A program made the translations under genes and the position numbers. From assembly GCA_034226945.1 (NCBI GenBank), contig CP120455.1, positions 496,001 to 560,000 on the forward strand: a stretch of 64,000 bases of DNA, given 5' to 3'. Position 1 is the stretch's first letter. Each line of letters opens with the position of its first letter. The notes under the pieces are model-generated. The model was not told the origin of the DNA and did no database searches. It saw nothing but the letters and a program-made list of their open reading frames with translations. Positions 40,200-51,434 of the stretch are shown piece by piece. Origin of the DNA: Picochlorum sp. SENEW3 (taxonomy: Eukaryota).

Positions 40200-41411
40200 T
40201 TGTTGTCAACCACCCGAGTCATGGTGATCATGGTGTCACTGCAGGAAACTACGTACGACGATTCAATAACAGATTCTGGATTCTACTCAGACTATGAATA
40301 TGAATACAATGGTGTTGAGCCATTGTTGGATACAAATGTACCTTTGATTCCATTGCCAGAGCCTTCAGCCGCAATGCTGCCTGTTCCAGAACCACCTGTT
40401 CCTGCTGCTCCAATACCAGAGCCCTCTTTGGATCAACCAGAGGCAGAACCTCCGGTTCAGCAGAAAATAAATCCTCCATTTGCAGAGAGCTCATCTCCAC
40501 CTGCTACTTTCATCGCGTCGCCGCCCTTGGAGTTTCTTTGCCCGCCATCACCTGATGTGGAGGATAGTTTCACTGACGGAGAGATTGAGGAGGACCATGC
40601 CGGGAATTTTCCAGATGCCATTCCCGTTCCAGAACAAGATCAGAATAATACACCGATAGCCGACGAACCGACGAGGAAAAGTCGCGTTAGAGTGTACTTT
40701 ATCCTGATATTCCCAGGCTTGTCGCAGTCAACATTTGACCAGTCCAAGGTTATTTCGGCAGTCCAAAATGCAACAAAGATATTGGGCACGTTTCTCTTTT
40801 ACTTGATGATGAGTATTTCAACTTTATTCACTGCATTATGTTTATATACAGGGGCTCAATTGGAGCTTGAAATCAAAATACATTCAGTTCTAAATCTGTC
40901 AGATGGCAGGAGGAAACTAAGGAGTTCCCAAATCCAACTCATGTCAGCAGGAGGTATCAAACTTGAGGCTGAGGCAAACTTCGGTGGAGAAGATGAGGCA
41001 GTAGCTGAAGATTTCGTGCAACTTCTCTCTGAATCTCCGTCGACAATATTCCCATCTTCTGAATTCGGTCAAGTAGACGTTCCAGAATTTGAAATTGTCA
41101 GACTGTCAGACTCTTCAATTCTTCTGCCTGTTTGTTTTGGCATTCTTGGGGGCTTGATGCTTTGTGCCCTCATAGCCTTCATACTATTGAAAAGCCAGAG
41201 AAGAAAGCCTGCCCACCATCCACCCAGAAAAGACGATGTATCCTCCGTGCACAGTGATGAAAGCAGCCTTCCCTGGGGTGAGGACCACAATCAATCCTTT
41301 TCCAGAAAGAATCTGCTAGGACCAGTATCTTCAAAAGAATACTCATCGCCTTACGATGAGAAGAACACAGGTGGGATTCTAGTGAACAATCTAGGAGCTA
41401 ACTTTATGTAA
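40200..41411 (+). CDS. Proline-rich single-pass membrane protein
   Basis: PEP-rich N-terminus, GRRKLRS motif, TM ILLPVCFGILGGLMLCALIAFILL followed by basic stop-transfer; probable intron ~40785-40851. Confidence 0.55.
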   Translation: MLSTTRVMVIMVSLQETTYDDSITDSGFYSDYEYEYNGVEPLLDTNVPLIPLPEPSAAMLPVPEPPVPAAPIPEPSLDQPEAEPPVQQKINPPFAESSSPPATFIASPPLEFLCPPSPDVEDSFTDGEIEEDHAGNFPDAIPVPEQDQNNTPIADEPTRKSRVRVYFILIFPGLSQSTFDQSKVISAVQNATKILGTFLFYLMMSISTLFTALCLYTGAQLELEIKIHSVLNLSDGRRKLRSSQIQLMSAGGIKLEAEANFGGEDEAVAEDFVQLLSESPSTIFPSSEFGQVDVPEFEIVRLSDSSILLPVCFGILGGLMLCALIAFILLKSQRRKPAHHPPRKDDVSSVHSDESSLPWGEDHNQSFSRKNLLGPVSSKEYSSPYDEKNTGGILVNNLGANFM

Positions 41412-41445
41412 TACTTTACATCAAATAATGAATTCTACTGCATCA

Positions 41446-42346
41446 TCAGTCATCATCACTATCAAATTTATAACTGGATACAGCACTAGGGTCAATGGCA
41501 CCTCCCCTATAACTACCTCTCTTTTTCTTTGTTTTCTCGTGCCTAAAGTCTTTTCCTCTCACTTTCCCCAATACTTGTTGTGCCTTAAAGCCCCAGCCAG
41601 CAGCACCAAAAGTTTTTTCATACGAGTTGTCCCAGGATCCTTTCTTTCCAAGCCAATCATCTGCCTTGACTCTCTGAAATGCTTTTGCGGCTGAGCCTGG
41701 AGTAGTACCTTCCTGGGTCTCATCTCCTTCATTACCTTCATCTACCTCTTCATTTCCATTTTCAAGTACTGCCGGTGCCTCTTGATGTGGCTCCTCATTA
41801 TCCTCCTGCTTCTTCTTTTTCTTCTGTTTTTTTTCCTTCTTCTGCTTTTTGCTACTCTTTTTCTCCTCTACATTTTCACTGACAGTTTTTGTTCCTTTTG
41901 CTGCTTTCTTGGATTTCTTCTCCCCTTGATCATCTTTTGTCTTTGCATCTTTGCTGCCACCTTTTTTCTCCTTCTTGTCCTTCTTTTCCTTCTTCTTCTT
42001 CTTGTCTTCTATTTTCGGAGTTTCGTTCTTAGCCTCTTTTTTAGATTCTTTCTTGGCCTTTTTGTTGGCAGTTTCGACAATCTCAACCGTCTCCTCGGCA
42101 TCTCTTCCACGCTTCTTATCCTTCTTCTTGTCCTTCACCTTGTCCTTCTTCTCGGACTTGCTCTGCGACGTTACAAATGAACAGTATCCATCAGTACAAT
42201 TATTTGAAAGATGTAAAAAATTCAAAACGATGCATGGATCGCTGCATCGGAGAGGAAGTACGCGCTGCCGTTTGTGGTCTTTTGCATGCCATGCAAAACT
42301 GATTTATTTTTCCACGTACCTTTTTCGCTGCATCTTTCTTGCCCAT
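41446..42346 (-). CDS. SRP40: SRP40/Nopp140 C-terminal-domain nucleolar protein
   Basis: Lys-rich body; AFQRV...DNSY...WGFKAQQVLGKVRGKDFRHEKTKKKRGSYRGGAID...SYKF. Confidence 0.9.
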
Positions 42347-42568
42347 TGTATCTTCTTACTGACTAAAAAAAGAATAAAAGATTTTTAAAGGTGCGCGGGT
42401 GCCGCAACATGCTTCAAGTCGTCAATCTGCCTTTGAATCCAGGGCGCCCGGGTGCCCAACCCGGGACTGGGATTGTCATCGCAGAGAATTCACAGGAAAG
42501 AGAGGCATTGACCCTGAATTGCCATTAATTACAAACTTATAAGGATATAGATCTTTTCTATCGCCAGC

Positions 42569-44355
42569 ATGTCTCGAGAGGATGAACGAGACTCTGATGG
42601 GCACGAACCAAGTGCAGATTTGAGACGGAAAAGAAGCAGTAAACATGGCCATAGATCGCGTGAAAGGCATGGGAAACGGCATCATAGTAATGATGATCAC
42701 CATAGTAATGATGATCACCATAGTAGTGGTAGTAGAAAGCATAGGAGGCATCATCGAAGCAGAAGAAGTCGTCACGGGGATAAGCCTGACACTGAGGAGT
42801 CTGAAGACTCCATACTTGAGCGCGGCAGAAAGGCAATGAAGGCATTGAGAGAGCTTCTAGGGTATAACTATGAGCTGAGGAATGAGTTTAGGGAGGTACG
42901 TTTGGGGTTTTGTTTGAACCACAGTGCTCAGCCATATTGAAAGCCACGATTCCTAATTGTTTATTGGGGTGTACATGCAGCTGCTTGAACAATTAGATAA
43001 AGGCAAAGCACTTGATATATCTGGTATACCTGACGAATATGCACACAAGAAAGTCAAAGAGGTGTTTGATAATATCAGTTTGTTGCGGAGGAGGAGCAAT
43101 GGCACCTATGTGCAAAGAAGTGCAAGAGGAAGTGCTCTAGCGCTGGTTGCGCCAATTCTGGATGAAAGCAAAGAATCGTTGGAGACGTTGTACAAAAGTA
43201 GTATCGATATAGTTGGTAAAGGCGATGAGAGTCGTGGGAGAAGAGCTGAACAAGAACTACAGAGGGATACCAGTGCAATGGCCAACATTGAGAATCCTGT
43301 TGAGAAGCATGAAGAGCGCCACGTGAAAAAGTCATATGGTCCTACAATGCCAACAACTATGGAACTGAAAAAGGCAGAAGAACTGATGGAGCAGCAAAAT
43401 ATTGCGGACGGGGACCCTCTCTTGGGTCCAGTGCCTCCTGAAATTTTGGAAGATTTGCAAGGTATGTGTATCATCATACGTCACGTATCCGCCTATCTTC
43501 ATGACTTGGATTTTTTTGATTGACGCAGATTCAGATGATGCCAAGTTGGCGGAGGTGGGTCGAATCATGAACATAATCGAGGAGCATAAATCTTTGGGTT
43601 TGTTGGGTGATAACGCATCTGCCATTCCACCAAACCCTTATACTATTCTTGGGTTGGAGCAGACATGTTCTGCGTCAGACATTAAGAAACGATTCTGGAA
43701 ACTTTCTCTTTTAATCCATCCCGATAAATGCAGCCACCCCGCTGCAGCAAGTGCATTTGATGCAGTGTCTACTGCAGCGAAGCGCTTGCAGGATGCCGAT
43801 GAGAAAAAAGTGGTACATCGCCAGATTGATGATATGGAACGCATGGAGCTGATGAAATCCATTCAAAAAGAAAAGGAACGGGAGAATGCCTGGAAAATTG
43901 CCAGAGGTGAGATCAAGCCCAGCGACGTCAAGCCAGTCGGCCCAGCACAAAGGGAAGAGTGGATGACCCATTTGCCAACCACAAAGCCACGGAGTAACCA
44001 AGTGCCAGAGAAAAGTTCAACTGCCTTCAAAACAAGATCAAGCGTTCCTCAGGATCACTCATGGACCCTTCGGCCCGGCGAGCAAGGACCTCAACTCCCA
44101 AGTACTCGGCAGGCATCACCCCAGGCAGCTCAAGTCCCAACTGCACGTAAAGAAAAGTCTCTCCTGGAGAAGCATATGGAAAAGCAAGCCTCTGCTGGAC
44201 CAGATCATCTCAATAAAGATATGAAGGGGACACAGGGAAAGTACAAACCATTCGATAGAGAACGTGATCTTCAAATAAAGAAGAAGAGCCAGCAGCCCTC
44301 TCTAGAAAGCATGAAAGGACTTGGCAATAGATTTGGAAAGGGTTCCTTCATCTGA
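42569..44355 (+). CDS. DnaJ-domain protein with GPALPP/DUF3752-like C-terminus; 2 introns
   Basis: J-domain NPYTILGL...KLSLLIHPDKC; GPTMP, GPVPP, REEWMT, PFDRERDL, RFGKGSF. Confidence 0.85.
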
Positions 44356-44425
44356 AGCAAGCCATATATAATAAATAATATACATGAAATGATAACTTTA
44401 CTGAGCAATAACATCAGATATATGA

Positions 44426-46320
44426 TTACACGGCAAGTTCGATGTAATTTGATGCAAGCGAGAGACAGATTGTCCCAAAAGAGCCCAAACGATGAGACGC
44501 ATTGGTGGAACATTCCTGCTCATAAATTCGTTCAATGCACATTTTCATCATTTGTTTGACTTTATCTAAAGTTTTATCCAGCAGTGGCAAGGATTCACCA
44601 CCGAGTTGGAGCTTCACGATGCTTGCTGCCAGGACACTTACCAACAGGGCAAGATGATCTGCAGATTTGTAAATCTTCATGGTTCTCGACATATCCAAGA
44701 TATACGACTCCAACATAGGCTCGATATGAATCTCATAAAAAGTTTCCAAATCTTTGCTACTCAGTGACAAGACATCCACCGCATCATACAGCTCTTTCAC
44801 TTTATCCAATGCATCCGGCCCCATTCTTTGGACATCACTGCGTTGATACGCCTTTGTAAACTTGGTAGCAGTCAGAAAACCTATGAATCGCAATGCATCC
44901 CGTGGCTCCAAACTATACAATAATTTATTTGCTGTTCTTGGATCTTTACAGTACCCTTTCTCTGTCCAGAAGGCTTCCAGCATGAATTCATCCAGAGCCA
45001 CTCTATAGTTTGCAGATGCTGATCTATATGAACTTGTTGCCAAGAAGCCACCCAGCCGCTCCATTGTTCCGAACATCTTCAAGAGAGCATTCAAAAATGT
45101 AGACGCCATTTCAGACAATTCTGATTTTGAAAAAGCACATGCCCCCGCAGGAGAGTCATCCTCTGGTTCATCTTCTGCCACTTCCATATCCTCATTCTCA
45201 GTGCTGTTGACAATGAGACGAACGAGTCCTCCTACAAGCCGCTGCACTTGCCGTCCATTCCACGACTGCATACGACCCCACACATTACGGCATCATCATC
45301 CAAATAAAAAACAACAACAGAGCAAATCACGTACAATGCCAACCACCATTCTCCAGAAAGCACTATTCTCCAAAAGAGCCTTCAGCTTGCTAAAATACAA
45401 TGTCCTTTGCTCTTCATCTTTCGCTATCCGCTCTACTACTTCCAATCGACATTCCAAATCTTGCATCATAACTCGTAACAAGTACCCAAACATGAGCAAA
45501 TCGCCATTTAAATCCTTCTCATCTACACCACACAACAAACCAACATGAGTCTCTCTTTCTTGCCCAGGCACACACATATACATAAATGATGTTCCAAAAA
45601 AATACCTACCAGACTCGAGCGCAGCGTCAATACAATGCATGAGTAGCTCATCCCCATGACCCCATCGCCTGTCAGACCCGTTTCGCTTGCCTTTTGCATG
45701 CTGGCCCATCTCATCTTGGGCATATTTGAGTCCCGATTGAGACATATCCTCATACATGAAATACTTTGGAAAGAAGGACTTCCGTTCCCTGCAACATACA
45801 CGCATCATCAACACTATACAGGTCTTGAAAGAAAAACAAATCTGACGACGCACGAGAAGAGCGGAAGCCAAGCAGATTCTGGACAGATCACAACCTGACC
45901 ATGGTCCACCCCATCCTTGACAACACTCGCATATGGATACGAATCCAAGTATGATTTCAGACACTGATATGCTGCCCTCGACACATGAGAATAATGATGA
46001 ACCACATCATTCCTCATCATGAACACGAGATACCCCAGATACTCTTGGGGAAGTAATTTCCCATGCGCTGATGCTTCTTCAGCACAGGACTGAAATGCAG
46101 CAACAAACTTCAACCCATGACCATCCACATCAGTCGCATCCTTAACCTTCAGCTCCGACTGATAACTTGTCTTTGTACATTTTGAAGCCCAAGCTTCGAC
46201 GTAATCCTTCGAATACTTGTCCAATTCGAGCATTTCGTCCTCTCGATCGGTTGTGGCGTGACTCTCCGCTTCCAACGGCGGAAGAGCACCGCCATTCCTC
46301 TTTTTACCCAGCTGGGTCAT
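44426..46320 (-). CDS. Hypothetical multi-exon protein
   Basis: Series of same-strand ORFs (168, 222, 285 aa) separated by intron-like segments. Confidence 0.5.
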
Positions 46321-46598
46321 GTCTTCTGGGATTGTTATAGATGTAAGTATTGAATTGGACCCGACTCGTGTGGAATCACCTCGTATCCAATTCTAACGCA
46401 TTTTTGAATTTGACTATTCCCGAATTCTGTGTCTCCATGACGAATCGGCCAAGCGAGTCGTAATCAAACGATACCGTGCACAGGTCCCACTGTGTATTTT
46501 AAACAATTAAAAAATCATTAAACGACACGTGAAGCATGCATTCGACGTATCAGTGAGGGATTGGGAGATAGGGCTCACCCTGCTTGACTCTGGTCACT

Positions 46599-49343
46599 AT
46601 GGCAGAAGAAACCCTACATTTTCATCTAGCGAGGGATGTATACGCACCGGTATGTCCGCTTCATCTGTGTCATAGGTACCATGGTATGACTATATGTGTG
46701 TTGTATAGGTGGAAGTACAGATACAGTCGCTCGTCATTGATCCAGGAGCAGCAGAATGGAGTTTGGCGGATGAGTCTTTGACCCTCAGGGATGCCTTGTG
46801 TATGCATGGGAGCAACGCCTCGGTGTATGCGTCTCTATGGTTACGGGATGAATTTGGTCCTGTTGGCACTCCGTTGCACACAACATGCGTCGAATCAATT
46901 AATAACGAGCGCCTAGTGGATGATGGGGCTCAGATATGGTGCTATTGGGGTCAGATGGTCACCTTTCCGGTCAGATACAGGGACTTGGATCAGAGTACTC
47001 GACTGTGTGTTACTGTATGGTATTCTGATGGATTGGGATCGGACTTTTGTGTTTTGGGAGGATGTGTGATGCCGTTTTTCAGTCAGAAGGGGAGGCTCAA
47101 GACTGATGCCATGAAACTTGGTCTCTCATTGGGTCGAGAGGCAGATGACGTTGGTGGGTCGACCATGTACAAGTATTCGCATGATGACATGGTAGCATGC
47201 GCTAAAAATGCTATGAAAATTTCTGGGTCGCACGCACATGGTAATCGATTGGATCTGGTTGATGAGCTTGATAGGTTGGTCAAGGCACAGAAACGGTTTG
47301 CACGCGGTGATCATGAACGTCTTCCCTGGTTGGATTCCATGTCGATGAAGAGCACTGATGAGCGTATATCGCGTATCAAGTCTTTATGTGGGTTGAGGAG
47401 AGGCCTTGAATTGAAAGTGAATCTTCCAAAGTTTGATTTTGATGTGTTGTACTGTGACGTGTATGCATCCCATCATGATGCACCTCATCAACACCACGGG
47501 TCATTGCATGGAAACGATGGTGGAAAGCGTGTGCTGTATTTTGTCGATCCTGAAATTGATCGGGACTCTCCTGCAGAAGTGATGGCTCAAAAGCTTGCTC
47601 GAAGTGCTGCACGAGGAAATGACAACCCGACTCTGAGGCCAAATACACAAGAAAAGGCAGAGCTGGAGAGGATCATTCGATACTCTCCGACAAAAATTCT
47701 GACGCGAGAGGAGAAGGAGTTGATTTGGAGATATCGTTATGCACTCACGCATGAAGGGAAAGCGCTTACAAAATTCCTCAAGTGTGTGGATTGGGCAGAT
47801 GCTGAGGAAGCTGCCCAAGCATCTAAATTGATGAGACAATGGGCAGGGATTGATGTCGGGGATGCTTTAGAGATGCTATCTCCTGTATTTCCCATTGAAG
47901 CAGTGCGATCTCATGCAGTGGAATTTCTTCGGCTATTACCAGATGATACTATTCATCTGATTCTTTTGCAGCTTGTCCAGGCCCTTCGGTATGAAGAGCG
48001 TGATGTCTCACCCCTCTCAAAGTTCTTACTAGAAAAATCTGGCGCGAATGAGTTGATCGCCTCATCCCTTTTTTGGTATCTTTGCTCCGAGCTAGAGGAC
48101 ACAGAATTTGGGAAAAGAGCGCAAGTCTTACAGACTGCTCTGCTGTCAGCACTGTGTGATTCTGAGTCACAACGACACGATATTGGTGGCCCTCGTAATA
48201 AAGTTAGAAAGGCATCCATTCCGTTGCAGTTGAACCTGGTCGCTCGTCTCAGACATTTATTTGATTCTATTAGACTATTTCGGTCTGCTGATGCGAAGAC
48301 TGAACAGATTAGGACGATGCTTCGATTGGGAGGCTCCTGTGAGGATCTTGCTCACTTCATCACACCCAGTCCATTAAACCCTTCCATTCGGCTTTCCGGA
48401 GTCATTCCAGACGCATGCTTGGTTTTCAAGTCGAAAGTAAACCCTGTAAAGCTCGTTTGGAATGTTGATGGAAGATATGAGAGCGAGACGCCCTATGCAT
48501 TCATTTACAAAAAGGGTGATGATTTGCGCCAGGATCAACTCGTACTCCAGATATTTTCTCTCATGGACAGGTACGGTTGCGCACATATTGTTTCACCCTT
48601 GCAGTGTTTTGTTCTCATCGTGATATTTGCATCATGAATTTGCATGTAGGCTTTTGAAAAGGGAGCATGTAGACTTGCAGATCACTCCGTACAGAGTGCT
48701 GCCAACATCCATAGATGATGGACTCATTGAATTTGTACCAAAATCGGTTCCATTATCAGCAATACTGCGCGAATATGGTTCAGTTCAGCAATTCTTAGAA
48801 CATCATGCTCCAAGCAAATCTCCCAGAGGAATCCGACAGCAAGTATTGCATAATTACACCCGATCCTGTGCTGGATACACTGTGTTCACACATATTCTAG
48901 GTATTGGAGACCGGCACAATGACAATGTCATGATCACCACCGAGGGCAAACTCTTCCACATAGACTTTGGATACATTCTAGGAAGAGACCCTAAATTTTC
49001 CTCGGCACCACTGTTCTTAAATAGATCGATTGTAGATGGTATGGGAGGCCCAGAGAGTCCAGAGTATGAGCAATTTGTCCAGTTGTCGTGTGAGGCTCTC
49101 AACATTCTCAGAAAATCATCCAACCTGCTGCTCTCATTGATACACGTCATGGCTCAATCTTCTGTTCCTGATATCCGAGCAGATCCAGAAATGGCAATGC
49201 TGAAAGTTCAAGAGAAGCTATTGCTCGACATGTCAGATGAACAAGCTGCAGCAGCGTTTGTTGAGATTTTAAATGCAGCGCAAACTGCCGTACTTCCCCG
49301 CATTGCAGAGGTGCAGCATCGCGTCGCCCAAGGATGGCGTTAA
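46599..49343 (+). CDS. VPS34: Class III phosphatidylinositol 3-kinase VPS34; introns ~46650-46708, 48571-48648
   Basis: C2 domain (FPVRYRDL), helical domain (ALTKFLKCVDW, LLQLVQALRYE), kinase KKGDDLRQDQL, SCAGY, LGIGDRHNDN, FHIDFGYILGRDPK, C-terminal W-R. Confidence 0.96.
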
Positions 49344-49387
49344 AATAATGTAATACAACAGTGATCTAATTATTTGATTATTCGTCG

Positions 49388-50274
49388 ATGGGAAACGGGC
49401 CAAGCAAGCCACCCACGTGCAAAGGCACACTCGACAAGTACAAGTATTCGGTTATTATACCCGCTCTGGTAGGTGCATCTGATCCCTTTATGGTATGATT
49501 GAAACAATAGTAGATGGATAATGGGTTATCACGGATGTGCAGAACGAAGAGCAGTCAATAGCTGCTGCAGTGCATAGGTGCGAACGTCTTCTTTTTCTGA
49601 GACCTGCAAATAGCCGGGGCATCACAAACCCATTCATGATATATTGCAGTGCACAGCATCCTGGCTCAGAAGTCATTGTTGTCGATGGAGGGAGTCGGGA
49701 TGGTACTATTAAGAACGCAGAGGTGGCCGGGGCATGTGTAATTTGCACCTCTCGCAGCGGGAGGTCTGTTCAGATGAATGCAGGGGCTGACAAGGCATCT
49801 GGACGCATGCTTATATTTCTCCATGCAGATTCCACCCTTCCTCAGGATTTTTGTACACATATGGACTCTGTTATGAAAGAAGACCGTCGCTGGGGATGTT
49901 TTGAGAGCATCGATATTGGTGCTGATGTGCATCCCATCTTGTCCAGAGCAATGCAGATTGGTGTGGCCCTAAGGACACGTTGGTTGAGTCAACCCTACGG
50001 GGATCAAGGTATTTTCGTAGAGCGAGAAACATTTAGACATATAGGAGGATATAGAAATGACTATCAGCTGTTGGAAGATGTGGATCTGGTTCAGAAATTA
50101 CGCAGAACATATGGTAGACCCGCCATCATACCTTGCTCTCTCCAGACATCTGGACGTCGGTGGAAGAATTTAGGATTCATTAAGACAACGTTGTTAAATC
50201 AATATATACTTGTACGATATGCTATGGGTGCAGATGTGAATACATTGGCAGAACTATACCGCAGTATGAAGTGA
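49388..50274 (+). CDS. Glycosyltransferase family 2 (TIGR04283-like); 2 short introns
   Basis: Spliced SVIIPAL|NEE, VIVVDGGSRDGT, GRSVQMNAGA, FLHADS, PYGDQGIF, LEDVDL, TSGRRW. Confidence 0.88.
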
Positions 50275-50284
50275 TATCTATTAT

Positions 50285-51097
50285 TTATTGTGCTCGCACT
50301 GATCCAAGTCCTCCATCAACGCCAAGGACTTGCCCAGTGACAAACGTGTTCTCAGGATTCAGGAAAAATTCTAATGCAGCTGCCACATCGTGTGGCTTTC
50401 CAATTCGTTTCAATGCATGCATGCTTTCAGAAGCTTTTCTGGCAGCATCATTTGAAGTGATTCTCTCTGTCATTGGAGTTGCAATCAGGCCTGGTGCTAC
50501 GCAGTTGATTCTTATGTTTTTGGGAGCATACGTACTCGCCGCACTCTTTGCCATGGAAACAATAGCCCCTTTTGCTGCGGCAATAGCCTCGTGATTTTGA
50601 ATGCCATGCATGGCAACTGCTGAAGCACAGAATGCAATGCTACCATGCTGTTGCTTGGACATTAATTTTACTGATGATTTGAGAATGTTGAACGAGGAAA
50701 ATGCATTGATTCTCATCGTATCCTCAAACTCCTTTTCAGTAGTAGAATGCGCAGGCTTTAATATAACTGTACCGATGCAATTCGCGACTCCAGTAATGGG
50801 CTCTTTCAAGTGCTTTAAAAATGAATCCACTTCTGCACTGTTGAGAGCATCCACAATATGATACTCGCAACGATCCCCCAATGCATGCTTTAAAGCTGAC
50901 AGTTTGTCTTCATTTCTTCCAGCTACAACAACGTGTCCATCATGATGCTTGAGCAATCGATCCGCGAGGGCACCACCAATATTCTCTTTTGAAGCACCAA
51001 ACACCACAAACAGGTTTGAACTGCTACCTGCGGGCGTTGCTTGAGAGCTCAACAGCCTCCGGCCTGTCAATGCACCTAATTGCAAATATTTATTCAT
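50285..51097 (-). CDS. Short-chain dehydrogenase/reductase (atypical, no catalytic Tyr)
   Basis: VVFGASKENIGG, NHEAIAAAKG, IRINCVAPGLIATPM, RIGKPHDVA, FVTGQVLGVDGG. Confidence 0.88.
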   Translation of the reverse strand: MNKYLQLGALTGRRLLSSQATPAGSSSNLFVVFGASKENIGGALADRLLKHHDGHVVVAGRNEDKLSALKHALGDRCEYHIVDALNSAEVDSFLKHLKEPITGVANCIGTVILKPAHSTTEKEFEDTMRINAFSSFNILKSSVKLMSKQQHGSIAFCASAVAMHGIQNHEAIAAAKGAIVSMAKSAASTYAPKNIRINCVAPGLIATPMTERITSNDAARKASESMHALKRIGKPHDVAAALEFFLNPENTFVTGQVLGVDGGLGSVRAQ

Positions 51098-51434
51098 TTT
51101 TGATGTGACGGGTGACAATGTGCTTCACATTGTTCAGACATTGTGTGGCGATGAACCACCATGAAGAAAAAAGAAAGTCGGAATGCGTGTAAAAAGAAAG
51201 TCGGACAAAGACAAAGTACGTCATACACCGTCTCCATCAATTCTCTACCCCAGTGAAATCAACTGATTTTGGTACATGTGAATTCCAATTGTAAATTCGA
51301 TATTCGAACGTGGAGGACAATCTGTATGAAAGACGAATTCTTTGTTTGATCAATTTGAGAGTTGACCAGGCAAAGGATCAATTGGACACCCGTATACTCA
51401 GTTCGCTGCATTCTTGTATCGTTACATTGTCATC

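Noticed and set aside
42679..42726. Tandem CATAGTAATGATGATCAC repeat
   Set aside because: 18-bp coding duplication (HSNDDH) inside the DnaJ gene's low-complexity N-terminus.
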